Shown piece by piece: positions 39,001 through 45,551 of a stretch of 64,000 bases of DNA. Both the position numbers and the translations under genes were made by a program. The stretch is from a virus: the IMG/VR virus record IMGVR_UViG_3300002144_000089, positions 1,098-65,097 of that record; one strand, written 5' to 3'. The notes below the pieces were generated by a model. It was given only the letters and a program-made list of their open reading frames with translations. It was not told the DNA's origin and did no database searches. How positions within the stretch are numbered: position 1 is the stretch's first letter; every line of letters begins with the position of its first letter.

Positions 39001-39420
39001 GATACTAAAGTATACGACCAAAACATAAGTAAAACTGTTCCGTACAAAGATCAAACTCTAGCGTCTAACGCCACAGCAGACGGTGCTACAAGCGTATTTG
39101 AAATTGGATACCCAGTAGCATCAATAAATGAAATTGAAGTGTTTGTAGGCGGTGTGCGTATGCGTAAGACAGCACTAGATGTGTTTAGCCCGCTAACTGC
39201 TCTAGACAGTCCAGAAGGTGATGCTACAGTTGCAGCAGACTTTACTTTTGATGCAGTTACTAATGCAATTACAATGCTTGCTACTCCATTAGCAGATACT
39301 AGAGTAACGGTTGTGAAAAAAGTGGGCCAAAGTTGGACAAATAATGGAACATCACTAGGTGATACAGAAAATAGCATTGCAAGATTCTTACGTGCCGGAA
39401 CATCTGCGCTACCTGAATAA
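24046..39420 (+). CDS. Giant 5124-aa virion structural protein (baseplate wedge/fibre, gp7 position)
   Basis: Uninterrupted ORF coupled to gp6. Contains CBM5/12-like repeats, FG-GAP-like propeller repeats (NFGRSVAVSPDGEYLVVGIP), GxGY...P.V...GG.G.GA repeats and many F.G.G beta-sandwich repeats. Confidence 0.8.
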   Translation: MAKNDQNESALPVPGQNNKITASDFLPKFFRTQANKKFLQGTLDQLIQPGVAEKINGYYGRTTAKAYKTTDNYVDDVTNDRTNYQLEPATVIKDNYENVTFYKDYNDYIGQLGVFGANTANHSRLNSQETYAWNPNIDWDKFVNFREYYWLPNGPISMPVRGQSREVVSTYAVTIEDQGDNVAYVFNDGLTRNPKLKLYRGQTYRFEIDTPGHPMAIAISRTFTPGTAILTAGTEGLRGSGLFDAVLYGNEYDQGEYIILPSGGSVTFAADDNVSTLYPDGIRKLGEEGEEVAIAYVEKGTIEFTIPFNAPDKLYYISKNAVDTSGIFKIYDIEENAFLDVAEEILGKKTYLSANGVELSNGMKITFQGDVTPAMYETNDWYVEGVGTKITLIKDQDLIIPAAYSDTKRIPFDSDNFDTLPFGDASAYATEKDYIVVNRASLDRNAWSRYNRWHHKDVILKSFQLNNLPRDVDETARAKRPIIEFEAGLKLNNFGAYAKTDVDLIDTYTTDVFSTIEGQIGYNIDGVNLADNMRILFTADTDILVSGKIYQVKFVTIGNVRQISLVETVDTTPIDLETVLVTQGAKNAGKSYHYHGNAWVAAQEKTTRNQSPLFEVFDVNGNSFSDGTYYGSTTFKGSKLFSYAVGEGNVDTELGFALSYKSIENSGDIVFDFNLLNDTFTYQTETDLFSQAINSGYLKKFKSLTLFNYVNGFSSTPAVSKQYVIREYVATDIQVNNFKIDVYNNSSSLTDLKIVVFVNNKLKLANTDYTIDKTSANAVVVFNNDLTVNDVIKIKTDSKTIKNSNGYYEFPYNLERNPLNDDVSQFTLGEVIDHVDSMLEDIPRYSGAYLGSSNLRDLGDLDRYGKRFVKHSGPINLPLYHVTNKSYNIIKALKYSKKEYSRFKKTFLDTAASLGYDGPIKTHVDLILKTINSDKLKSQPFYFSDMLALGASNKIEYKVLDSRVTDYPITTKYNLLTLSSKSITIYLNGVQLTNIKDYNFDVAGYVSIAAGQVENDVIEIHEYATTDGSFVAPTPTKLGLYPKYYPELTIDDTVLADEPVSTGPFKVYGEDSTTGTRGWFYPVYTTKSAAGAGAASKSYTFVGMNKIFYMPTVGATLGANDNIEINEYPVGVAFIRGHDGSYVKAYKDFRDELLLELEKRIFNNIKAKYSTDRLDVNTFIGGEFRTNEFTKVEVDNTLLGDFQKWLQENLNNQTYTNNTFYNRNNNWTFNYSDTTSPNGIENAGFWRGVYIRAFDTDRPHSHPWEMLGLTTKPSWWNTVYGPAPYTGDNLVLWRDLEQGRIADPANTRIDLNYARPGLTSFIPVDSNGKLLSPLNSKYAKNFQIQNATRNFKFGDYAPIENAWRRSPEYPFAILTAMLLNKPAKTMGLGFDISRISKNLANQWVDIDTNKPIVIKDLTLPNTYESDVRTNTAGLVNYIYNLVASDILTVYEGYRTELASITNQLGIKIAGFTSKEKFNIILDSRSPTQSQTQDGIFVPQENYQVFLNTSSPSELAVFSGIIAERTELGYVVRGYNIEKPYFEYYTAREGSSASTVTVGGISEKVSPWDSNTSYLSGEVIQHNNAYYRVINSFTTSLTFDTNNIVKLPTLPLKGGRTAQFKKDFDTAEIKTLQYGSRLNTAQEVVDFILGYSVRQKEIGFSFENVIDGSNSVENWSQSAKEFLFWTTQGWANSSLIALSPAANLLEFQRDYYVVDNIKDEFYGYSIFKADGQFLASEFNSLLRDQNSFGIETVGTDEGLYHVSLPLVQKEHVVLLDNTTDFNDTIYNPRTGYRQERVRVNGYRSDNWNGGLNIPGFVYDDARYTDWAQWKDYVIGDIVKYKQYYYVATSNVSGSQNFNSTLWYRLNEKPVSQLMTNFDYRVTQFTDFYDLDSDSFDIEQQKMAQHLIGYQKRQYLANIINDDVSQFKFYRGAIADKGTMNVFTKLFDALGNTTDNLQFYEEWAIQVGRFGAVDDVQQIEYNLKQDKMQESPQAVELVSSLPATNFDKIYRILPNEVFDKPAGYTHAPFPTKTITSEYIRTAGYTNEDDVDFVVSNMIDLSAVDTNQIKLGDTIWITDTDNKSWTVMQLVRANVNALKVNTLIREIADNGLNLVEITLDKWAVGILSVGDYIGVRGATAYSINGLYEIDNINLNTIQIRVPSGNDISNFEEEKFAMSKLRTVRVEDVTGINAATNQDIYSKQRLWIDTYNSEWAVLENNAVYLNSQAITNPSEYDSTDQGFSNSVAITKNNTNVFVSAPNDANGKVSVYRRTRESSNLLLDQEITIENDNLFTRANSNFGRSVAVSPDGEYLVVGIPQASDVNTRLSYKTDAATGLSTFDFQPDANYIKNDIVRYRESLWKTNRAILPQIANQPFSTFDTYVNIASAADADSTTLNLLVTGDPGLPNNTVSHLLVRAPEDMYIGTTAGDTVNLYWNRRSFAYPTLDNYLPFAGVIPQITIDFISQDHTIIEKIDHVFFVDTFVTLPTVGATVTTDSGSATVAYVGNRRDSAVIYVKNTNGVFDITGELFIEELDFVGFYTEESTYSTTDAVGGFWMIAAPAYLNNSTYYDTARGLVYADVRLQGSARSLNEYYNIQDTVGTIGIYVTNKNQASYIEQLSYRGDPANQDAADGVERDLPSNKWVARAGKLFTDNLTIGNTTQFRLYDLDNRTIDVASAGFTYDIFNKQQTIVDLWDGYIDFTLSEFDFQGFAYEPQVGDVLEDVQIPRDGQGGLALTTITTSSAEVMFMQRNFTSVRVYVKIVPNLNGTTGTWTQQSNIGRFQLRRRANPSLRSGDVARTIGTVTDINNSIVLGTSLIGKLVVFEHTSTFDIVSNPTIVDEEYWFFDETIESGIQRLPNPPYSLNKDYTQIYNIPAEKTGSSSSMENEGAIAIYRKLRDGTYRFQTVFVSEYRAANRNFGSKVAIVQTGNYYTLLVASDSIASAGETDSTGRRVQPGAIEIFRHGTKATDSFKGEYQLIAYSVGDIVIYKDDYYIALKNTTADQNVIIDPIYWNKISWKHGKDSNFRGAFDSTYTYKKDNIVVHDNVLWKALTNIAVGAAIPSVLNNSWIEVTTDVDYLGYLPNLTANAFYDEAVFDPIENILEFSKSFDISDDAQVLVVTSTQTDTSSTTNTKLAIYRAIEDKFVLDQVIAAPTDVDAWGDKVSMNPVGTQIAVSSMLNDSNKVNQGVVYVYTQTAGTFTLTQTLTPPNNEESEGFGFGLSYGTDNLVVSSLNGDQTIPTTFDVTVFSATEDTATTFDNEFTNFRNIKLDKGVVYVYENINNNLIYSEQFVYPLTQTTFGENIYTNNNHVYIGMPDQVDGDSKGMLLDFRKNERTFAWGVISEGITPVDVENMRGMFLYNKRENRIVSYIDYIDPVQGKIAGPADQEITFKTPFDPAVYNTGNTSDSSVDPNRAWTEKHVGQVWWNISSAKFEHAYQGSTTFQKNNWNKLAAGARIDVFEWVESNFIPSIWDSIADTPDGIAAGISGISLFGDARYSTKIIYDNISKTFANRYYFWVVNKVTVPVMENRKLSIRDIAALIENPRTQGYPFVSLLSNSKFVLNNFDTLINSDDLVLNIKYSTGPKRSQNVHSQYKLISDGLSTSRPDPDIERKWFDSLIGFDDNNRIVPDPSITIKNRYGVQNRPRQSMFVNRFEALKQTIERINLKLAENLIVDEYDISSLTQQDTKPTLISQDYDLAVDTLAELVFVSTNKITPAVLTPIITNGRISRINITNAGRGYKVAPSFKINGKGTDAEFNVTINNLGQITSVKITNAGKGYDATTNITVRPFTVLVNADESIQDKWALYSWNGSAWYRRKLQSYNVDLFWDYIDWYAPGFNQFTNINNTILGSYQLPSLDNNIGNIVKIETVGSGGWLLLQKVDDQDTEDYTINYNTIGRQNGTIQFKDTLYDYGKNTVGFDNRSFDSNFYDNNPSVELRIILETIRDNIFVGDLEIEYNQLFMAALRYVMSEQQSVDWMFKTSFIKAKHNRESLNTKDITFNNENLASYQDFVDEFKPYSTKVREFVSEYTSLEPTNSSISDFDLSPVYNKTTGTIQPSNAIVVNGVVTNENLDTTTYPRKNWKDNHGYQVTEIKLGSSGSGYTFEPIVKLVGGNGTGATAKAYLGYGNITSIKVTNPGNGYTSAPTVVITGSQLDTGTAPAATAVLGNGVVRTPRVKIKFDRISGTFTFTSLAKTETFTGTGFESRFFLEWPMDLDVKKVKVYVDNILQLRSKYTFENIENTDKTYIREQGKVLFTTPPKPNAVLRIEYNIPLSMLNAADRINLAYNPIAGMYGKELAQLMTGIDYGGVEVRSFGFTGAAGFDTAPWYTDNWDEFDNTFEDEVFTADGSTIAVPLSAALETGVVYNLYKNGVRIDDPNFDAATPTNVNAITNSITGDGTTDIIYVQDLGIELLDGDVFVVRKTTSDGSVIPDATSYDTALSGGDLAYTSARGIAAEEIIVDGDGFVTPTTSAGPEELVPGQILDTLDIKVYTRDSAGQGVINSQSYIMDSTLTYNLGVTPSSKDAVIVKVANVILPQTDYTINWAANTVTLNSVTLGAELTIVTVAQGTQNILDFGQLVGDGSTTEFETTVDWIEGASVYASINGVQQAVVAFKSETTTKTVIRFNEVVANNSAINYTVFAADTEVNYSQITKDTFTGNGTNAAFTLANAPLYAIPSEHNVIVKVDNTILNAGYNIQYTIPENNQREYPLEIFQMPQGSLDVEDVKVFLNGVEITTPTQWRFEIANSSITLSDEIGVPGDLVEMYVITDGDYRISGTTVTLDTAPVNGAVVEVIQFTNHDLLGIERINYDVVSRTTLIPEDVDYITYNRLTVGEITLRAPAVDAQYVWVSVNGELLSPSVDYYVTDDKLKVQLVRQPAANDVIDIVHFTAPVITPKFAYRQFKDMLNRTHFKRLDTAPAKLAQALNYYDLRIELDNASSLSEPNKGQNLPGVIFIEGERIEYFVKEGNTLRQLRRGTLGTGVKNTYAIDTKVYDQNISKTVPYKDQTLASNATADGATSVFEIGYPVASINEIEVFVGGVRMRKTALDVFSPLTALDSPEGDATVAADFTFDAVTNAITMLATPLADTRVTVVKKVGQSWTNNGTSLGDTENSIARFLRAGTSALPE

Positions 39421-39423
39421 ATA
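39416..39423 (+). promoter_or_regulatory. Late promoter variant AATAAATA
   Basis: Overlaps the stop of the giant ORF, 18 nt before the next ATG. Confidence 0.5.
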
Positions 39424-39440
39424 CAGTATAGGAAAAATAA

Positions 39441-40043
39441 ATGAGCGATAACATGCAAGACACAAACGGAGTACTAGTACAAGGGCATATCAAAATTTTT
39501 GATCCCGAGTCACAAAAAGTATATATTGACAAGCGCAATGCAATTCATTATGAGAATATGAGTCTTGCATTAGCCGAAAGTTTAAGTAATGCTGGACAAG
39601 GATTTATATATGAGATGAGCTTTGGCAACGGCGGCACAAGCGTTGATCCAACAGGCATTATTACATATCTAACACCTAACAGCACAGGAACAAATGCAAG
39701 TCTATACAACCAAACCTATACTAAAGTTGTTGATGATAGAAGTGTAAACAATACCGATCCTGCAAGAAACAAACTAGAAACTCGTCATGTAAGCGGCACT
39801 AACTATACTGATATTGTAGTAAGTTGTTTACTTGATTACGGCGAGCCTAATGGGCAAGATGCATTTGATACTGCAAGTGCAACTGACAGTCCGTATGTGT
39901 TTGACGAATTAGGTCTGCGCAGTTACAGTACTAGCGGTACTGGTAGATTAATTACGCATGTTATTTTTCATCCTGTACAAAAATCACTTAATAGATTAAT
40001 TCAAATTGACTATACAGTGCGTGTACAAAGTTTAGCAGGTTAA
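39441..40043 (+). CDS. Hypothetical virion structural protein (200 aa)
   Basis: Lies between the giant protein and the fibre genes; beta-rich; AGGA RBS. Confidence 0.6.
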   Translation: MSDNMQDTNGVLVQGHIKIFDPESQKVYIDKRNAIHYENMSLALAESLSNAGQGFIYEMSFGNGGTSVDPTGIITYLTPNSTGTNASLYNQTYTKVVDDRSVNNTDPARNKLETRHVSGTNYTDIVVSCLLDYGEPNGQDAFDTASATDSPYVFDELGLRSYSTSGTGRLITHVIFHPVQKSLNRLIQIDYTVRVQSLAG

Positions 40044-40053
40044 GGAGTAAATT

Positions 40054-42108
40054 ATGCCATATACAATAAGTTACACTGACACTGTTAACAAAGGTGTCAT
40101 AACAGTTGAAGATAACACACTTAATAGCGAAACTACTTTAAATTTTCCAGGTAGGGGCGAAACAGCATACGGTTCTTCTATAAACACCAATTTCTTACAT
40201 CTATTAGAAAATTTTGCAAATACAACAGCGCCACCACGCCCAGTTGAAGGACAACTTTGGTATGATACTACCTCGGGCGTTGACCAACTTAAGGTATATG
40301 ACGGAACTAATTGGGTAGCAAGTGGCGGACTTAAAAAAGCCAGTGCAGCTCCGGCAGTGGCAAATTCAAGCGCAGGCGACTTGTGGGTCAACACTGAAAG
40401 TCAACAACTTTATTTGTTTACTGGATCAGCTTGGGTACTTGTAGGCCCAGACTTTAGTGACGGTCTATTAACAGGCGCCCAAGCACAAGCAATTGTTGGC
40501 GTTGACGACGTAACTTACAATGTACTATCAATTAAAGTTGAAGATCAGCCAGTAATTATTATTAGTAGTCAAGGTTTTATACCAAAAACGTCGATTAAAG
40601 GATTTAGAACAGGTATTAACCCTGGTATGAATATTGCTAATGAAGCAATTGTAGGTACACAGGCATTAAAATATTACGGAACTGCCGAAAAAGCAGAAGC
40701 ACTAGTTGTAGGAAATGTATCGATTCCGGCAAGTAATTTCTTAAGAGGCAATGCTGCAAGTAGCACAGATTTTCAATTAAGTGTTAAAAGCAATGACGGT
40801 ATTAAAATAGGTACAGGCGGCCAACTAAGTTTAGGTATTGACGGCGAAACAGGCGTTATACAACATAACACAAGTGGATCGAGTATTGACATTAGAATGC
40901 GTAACGGTAACTTAACTCCTACAGTTATGAGCATTAACAGTGACGGCAATGTAGGATTCAATAACGGCGCACCCGAACAAGCAGTTGATATTAAAGGAAA
41001 TATTAAACTTTCTCCTAAAGTAGGCGAAGCTGAAACTGGAGTGCTACAACTTACAAGTATAATTAACTCTACATCAATCGGAACTGGTAGTATTATTACA
41101 ACAGGTGGTATCGGCGTTGCACTTAATGCATACATAGGCGGCGATGTTGACATCGGCGGCATATTACAAACTGGTAATATTGCACCTGATACTCCTAGTG
41201 CAAGAAATATCGGTACTACAAATAACAAATATGATCAAATATATGCTACAACATTCTTTGGCAACCTTCAAGGAAACGTAAGTGGTACAGTTAGCGGTAG
41301 AGCAGGCAGTGCCGACAGACTAGCAAGTGCTACAACTTTTGCACTAAGCGGCGACGTTAATCCTGCAAGTTTTGAATTTGACGGACAAACTGGCGGCAGT
41401 ACAAAAACATTCAATGTAAGTATTGCAAACAGTTTTATCTCAAATAAAACTGTAACATACGATGCAGGAAATGCAGACGAATTACTATTAAATGTAACTA
41501 CAGGCACAACTGGCGTATACAGAATTACAAAACGTAATTTCTTAAAATCTATTCCTCTTGTTCCAGCAGGCGCAATGATGCCATATGGAGGCGAAGAAGC
41601 ACCAACAGGTTGGTTGTTATGTGACGGTAGTGAAATTAAAAAATCTGACTACAATTTGCTATGGTTAGCAATACAACATAACTTTAAAGATCCTAGTTTA
41701 GTTAGTGATAACGGTGTTGCTTATTTTACGTTGCCAGACTTTAGAGGACGTTTTGCACTAGGTCTTGACAACATGGGCGGCCCAAGTGCAAACAGAGTGA
41801 CTGGTATTGCTGCTGATGCAATTGGCGGAAACGCAGGAACAGAAACAAAAACTATTGCAACTGATAATTTACCAGAACACGAACACGATTTAGAAGGCGA
41901 AAGCGGTACACAATTCTACGGAATTAGAGTAGGCGCCGGTGAACCTGTAGATGAAAATGCTATTACATTACCTATTGAGCCCGGATTAGGCGGTACACAA
42001 GGTATTGCTGCAAGCGGCGGCGTCAAAACAGATGCAACACTAGGAACACCATTAGATGTTATGAATCCTTTCTTAGCAGTCAATTACATTATCTATACTG
42101 GAGCATAA
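40054..42108 (+). CDS. Tail fibre protein with C-terminal tail-collar domain
   Basis: Shared N-terminal NF..LLENF...P..P..GQLW.D...LKVYDG..W motif; collar VPAGAMMPYGGEEAPTGWLLCDG...LPDFRGRF; ends MNPFLAVNYII. Confidence 0.8.
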   Translation: MPYTISYTDTVNKGVITVEDNTLNSETTLNFPGRGETAYGSSINTNFLHLLENFANTTAPPRPVEGQLWYDTTSGVDQLKVYDGTNWVASGGLKKASAAPAVANSSAGDLWVNTESQQLYLFTGSAWVLVGPDFSDGLLTGAQAQAIVGVDDVTYNVLSIKVEDQPVIIISSQGFIPKTSIKGFRTGINPGMNIANEAIVGTQALKYYGTAEKAEALVVGNVSIPASNFLRGNAASSTDFQLSVKSNDGIKIGTGGQLSLGIDGETGVIQHNTSGSSIDIRMRNGNLTPTVMSINSDGNVGFNNGAPEQAVDIKGNIKLSPKVGEAETGVLQLTSIINSTSIGTGSIITTGGIGVALNAYIGGDVDIGGILQTGNIAPDTPSARNIGTTNNKYDQIYATTFFGNLQGNVSGTVSGRAGSADRLASATTFALSGDVNPASFEFDGQTGGSTKTFNVSIANSFISNKTVTYDAGNADELLLNVTTGTTGVYRITKRNFLKSIPLVPAGAMMPYGGEEAPTGWLLCDGSEIKKSDYNLLWLAIQHNFKDPSLVSDNGVAYFTLPDFRGRFALGLDNMGGPSANRVTGIAADAIGGNAGTETKTIATDNLPEHEHDLEGESGTQFYGIRVGAGEPVDENAITLPIEPGLGGTQGIAASGGVKTDATLGTPLDVMNPFLAVNYIIYTGA

Positions 42109-42109
42109 C

Positions 42110-44020
42110 ATGAGTTATCAACTAAACAAAACAGACGGTACATTATTGCTAGATCTAATCGATGGTCAAATTGATACTGTTAGTACAAACCTTACATTAG
42201 TTGGTAGAAACTATTCAGGGTACGGCGAATATTTTAACGAAAACTTTATTAGACTATTAGAAAATTTTAATAATAGTGCTGCACCGAGTAATCCTTTAAC
42301 AGGACAACTTTGGTGGGACAGTAGTGATCAGCGATTAAAGGTGTATGATGGAACACAATGGAAGGCTAGTGGAGGCCCAATTGTACAAAATACTCGTCCA
42401 CAAATGGTTGCAGGCGATGTGTGGATTGATAATCTAAACAATCAAGTATATGCATTTGACGGTACTGACTTAATGCTTATGGGGCCGCAATATACAGTAA
42501 CTCAAGGCAAAAGTGGATTTGAAATAGGTAGTATTCTTGATTCACAAAGCCGTTCACGCACTGTTGCATATTTGTATGTAGGTGGAATATTATCGGCAGT
42601 AATTAGTAATATCGAATTTACTCCAATTTATGCACAGCGCATTTTAGGCCTTGTTACAGCATCAAATCCTAACGGTATTATTAGAGTTGGAATGAACATA
42701 ATTGATACTGCTAATTTTAAATTTAGAGGAATTGCAGATTCTGCAAACTCTCTTGTTACTGCTGGTGGCGTAGTTAGAGCTGCTGACAGTTTCCTTCCAT
42801 CAACTGCAAATGGTATTACAACAGGCACACTAACAATTCAAAACTCAGGCGGTTTAACAATTGGCCTATCACAAAACAACGTACAAAAAGTTGTAGGTCC
42901 TAGATTTTATATTGAAAACCAACTTACTGATCACGATTTAAGTTTACGGGTTAAGTCAAGTACGTTTGGTGCTATTTCAGTTGATGCAATTTATATTGAT
43001 GCAAGTACAGCTAGAGTTGGTATTTTTACAACTAATAGACTTCCGGAATACACCTTAGACGTTGCAGGCGATCTGCGTGTTACTGGCGATTTAATTGTTG
43101 AAGGCGCAAGAGTAGCATTAGATGTTCAAACACTAAGAGTTGAAGATAAAGTTATTGAAATTGGCGTACTAAATGATAGTACAGAACTTACAGATGCACA
43201 AGCAGATGCTTCGGGTATACAGGTTAATAGCAAAAACGGTAGCAAAGATATTCTTTGGAAGGTTGCTACTAATGCATTTACTTCAAATGTAAACTTTGAT
43301 TTATTAAACAGTACACAAAGTTACAAAATTGGCGGCGTTGATAAACTTACAAATACTAGCTTAGTAAATATTACTAAAGCACTAGACTTAGATCAAATCG
43401 GTACATTAACAGTATTGCAAGTTGATGAAATTAACATTAACGGTAAAGTTATTAGTTCTACTAATGATATGGCAATTACATCAACTAACGGTATTGCAAT
43501 TACTGCAGGCGCAGCTATTAATATAACTGATGCCCAAAAAATTACTGGTGTGGGAAAAGCAGTTAGTGCAAGAAAAGCAGCTGAATTATCTGCAACAGAA
43601 TCAACAGCTGGTACAGTCACAACAAAAGAATATGTAGATGAAGAAATAGTAACAGAAACTATTGTATTCAGTATGGATATTACTGGACTTGGAACTGATG
43701 CAACACTACAAAATGCAGTAGCAGGATATTTAGATGATTTATATCCAGCAGCAACTCTAAACACTAATAAAATTGCACGTATACATACAACATCTTATGC
43801 TGGAGCAACAGTGCAAGGTGTAGATGTTGAAAGTGCAAAAAATGTAAGTTATATTGCTGTCGATAGTAATGGAACTCAGAACGAATCAGTAGTTCAAGAC
43901 GTTAGCTTTGCTGCCGAAGGTGCAAGCGGACTAGTTGTTCTTACACCGGCTAGAACACTAATGACATATAAATCTAACGGAACTACTTGGGCATACCAGT
44001 CAATAACTGTGTATCCGTAA
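42110..44020 (+). CDS. Tail fibre-like protein, paralog 2
   Basis: GRNYSGYGEYFNENFIRLLENF...GQLWWD...LKVYDGTQW N-terminus; beta-rich repeats. Confidence 0.75.
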   Translation: MSYQLNKTDGTLLLDLIDGQIDTVSTNLTLVGRNYSGYGEYFNENFIRLLENFNNSAAPSNPLTGQLWWDSSDQRLKVYDGTQWKASGGPIVQNTRPQMVAGDVWIDNLNNQVYAFDGTDLMLMGPQYTVTQGKSGFEIGSILDSQSRSRTVAYLYVGGILSAVISNIEFTPIYAQRILGLVTASNPNGIIRVGMNIIDTANFKFRGIADSANSLVTAGGVVRAADSFLPSTANGITTGTLTIQNSGGLTIGLSQNNVQKVVGPRFYIENQLTDHDLSLRVKSSTFGAISVDAIYIDASTARVGIFTTNRLPEYTLDVAGDLRVTGDLIVEGARVALDVQTLRVEDKVIEIGVLNDSTELTDAQADASGIQVNSKNGSKDILWKVATNAFTSNVNFDLLNSTQSYKIGGVDKLTNTSLVNITKALDLDQIGTLTVLQVDEININGKVISSTNDMAITSTNGIAITAGAAINITDAQKITGVGKAVSARKAAELSATESTAGTVTTKEYVDEEIVTETIVFSMDITGLGTDATLQNAVAGYLDDLYPAATLNTNKIARIHTTSYAGATVQGVDVESAKNVSYIAVDSNGTQNESVVQDVSFAAEGASGLVVLTPARTLMTYKSNGTTWAYQSITVYP

Positions 44021-44024
44021 AAAC

Positions 44025-44032
44025 GATAAATA
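44025..44032 (+). promoter_or_regulatory. Late promoter variant GATAAATA
   Basis: Intergenic, 29 nt upstream of the ATG at 44061. Confidence 0.55.
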
Positions 44033-44060
44033 ATATAATAGCACTAGGGGTTACATAATA

Positions 44061-45542
44061 ATGGCATATGCAATAGACAGATATAACAACACACTGTTAA
44101 CTACAGTGGAAGATGGTACAGTTGACCAAACAACTGACCTTAAATTCATCGGTAAAAACTACGCAGGTTACGGCGAAATACAAAATGAAAACTTTTTGTT
44201 CTTGCTTGAAAACTTTAGCGGAGCAAATCAGCCAAGTAGACCAATTAGCGGTCAAGTTTGGTTCGACAGCGGCACAAGTAAATTAAAATTTTATGATGGC
44301 GCAAAGTGGCGCACTACAGGCGGCGCCGAAGTTGGCGCAACAGAGCCAACAGGATTAGCTACTGCTGATTTTTGGTGGGATACCGGTAATGATCAGTTAT
44401 ATGTGTACAACGGTACAAACTTTGTACTTATAGGGCCACAGAACGCAGGCGAAGGCGTAACCCAAATGCAAAGCCTTGAAGTTCTTGATACTACAAGTGC
44501 TACAAGAGGATTAATTGCCTCTGTTATTGAAGACGAAACTATATTTGTTATAAGCCCAACGCAATTTGATTTAAATGCAAGCCAAACAGCACTAATTGCA
44601 CAAGGATTCGACAGAATTTATAAAGGTATTACACTAAGAAATACTAAATTAGCAACAGCCGGTGTTACTAGTACTACTGATAGATTCCATGGCACTGCAA
44701 CAAATGCTGATAAATTAGGTGGTATTGCTGCTGCAAACTTTGTACAAACTGGTGTAGGTAACACAATATTTACAAGCTCAGTTGAAATACCAGACGATGG
44801 TATATTAATTGGCGATTCAAACGATTTCCAACTTATAGTTGATACAAATGGGTTTGATGGAGTTATTCAAAACGTTACTACTAACGGTGTAATTAAGTTT
44901 AAAGTTACTAGCGGCGCAGGCGCATTAACACATGTTGCAACAGTGCAATCAACTGGAATAGTTCCAGCTGCTGATAATACATTTACATTAGGATCTGCTA
45001 GTTTTGGATTTTCAAATGTGTATGCAGCGACCTTTACAGGCGAAGCAACTAAAGCAGCTACATTAAGAGTTGGTAGCGATTTCCGCAGTGCAAGTTCAAG
45101 TGCAACAAACAATACAGTTGCAGTTAGAGATGCAACAGGTAACATTGCTGCAAATCTATTCCAAGGTACTGCAACACAAGCACGTTATGCTGACTTAGCA
45201 GAAAAATATACTACAGCAGAAGAATTAGCACCTGGCACAGCAGTAGCAGTGTGTAAATGCGAAGATCATGAAGTAGAACCTGCAACATCAAGTAATCATT
45301 GCATTGGAGTTGTTTCAACAAATCCAGCAATTATGATGAATAGTGAAGCTGAAGGGCAATATATAGCACTTAAAGGACGAGTTCCTGTAAGAGTTAAGGG
45401 TGCAGTTGTTAAGGGTCAAGCAATATATGCAATGGCAGACGGCGTAGCCACTACACTTGCAACAACAGCATTAGTTGGAGTTGCTTTAGAAAGTAACAGC
45501 GATGAGGGTGAAAAATTAGTCGAATGCGTACTTAAGGTATAA
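44061..45542 (+). CDS. Tail fibre-like protein, paralog 3, with a C-terminal intramolecular-chaperone/peptidase G2-like domain
   Basis: Same N-terminal motif; YADLAEKY...GVVSTNPA..MN...IALKGRVPVRVKG C-terminus. Confidence 0.7.
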   Translation: MAYAIDRYNNTLLTTVEDGTVDQTTDLKFIGKNYAGYGEIQNENFLFLLENFSGANQPSRPISGQVWFDSGTSKLKFYDGAKWRTTGGAEVGATEPTGLATADFWWDTGNDQLYVYNGTNFVLIGPQNAGEGVTQMQSLEVLDTTSATRGLIASVIEDETIFVISPTQFDLNASQTALIAQGFDRIYKGITLRNTKLATAGVTSTTDRFHGTATNADKLGGIAAANFVQTGVGNTIFTSSVEIPDDGILIGDSNDFQLIVDTNGFDGVIQNVTTNGVIKFKVTSGAGALTHVATVQSTGIVPAADNTFTLGSASFGFSNVYAATFTGEATKAATLRVGSDFRSASSSATNNTVAVRDATGNIAANLFQGTATQARYADLAEKYTTAEELAPGTAVAVCKCEDHEVEPATSSNHCIGVVSTNPAIMMNSEAEGQYIALKGRVPVRVKGAVVKGQAIYAMADGVATTLATTALVGVALESNSDEGEKLVECVLKV

Positions 45543-45551
45543 GGATCCATC

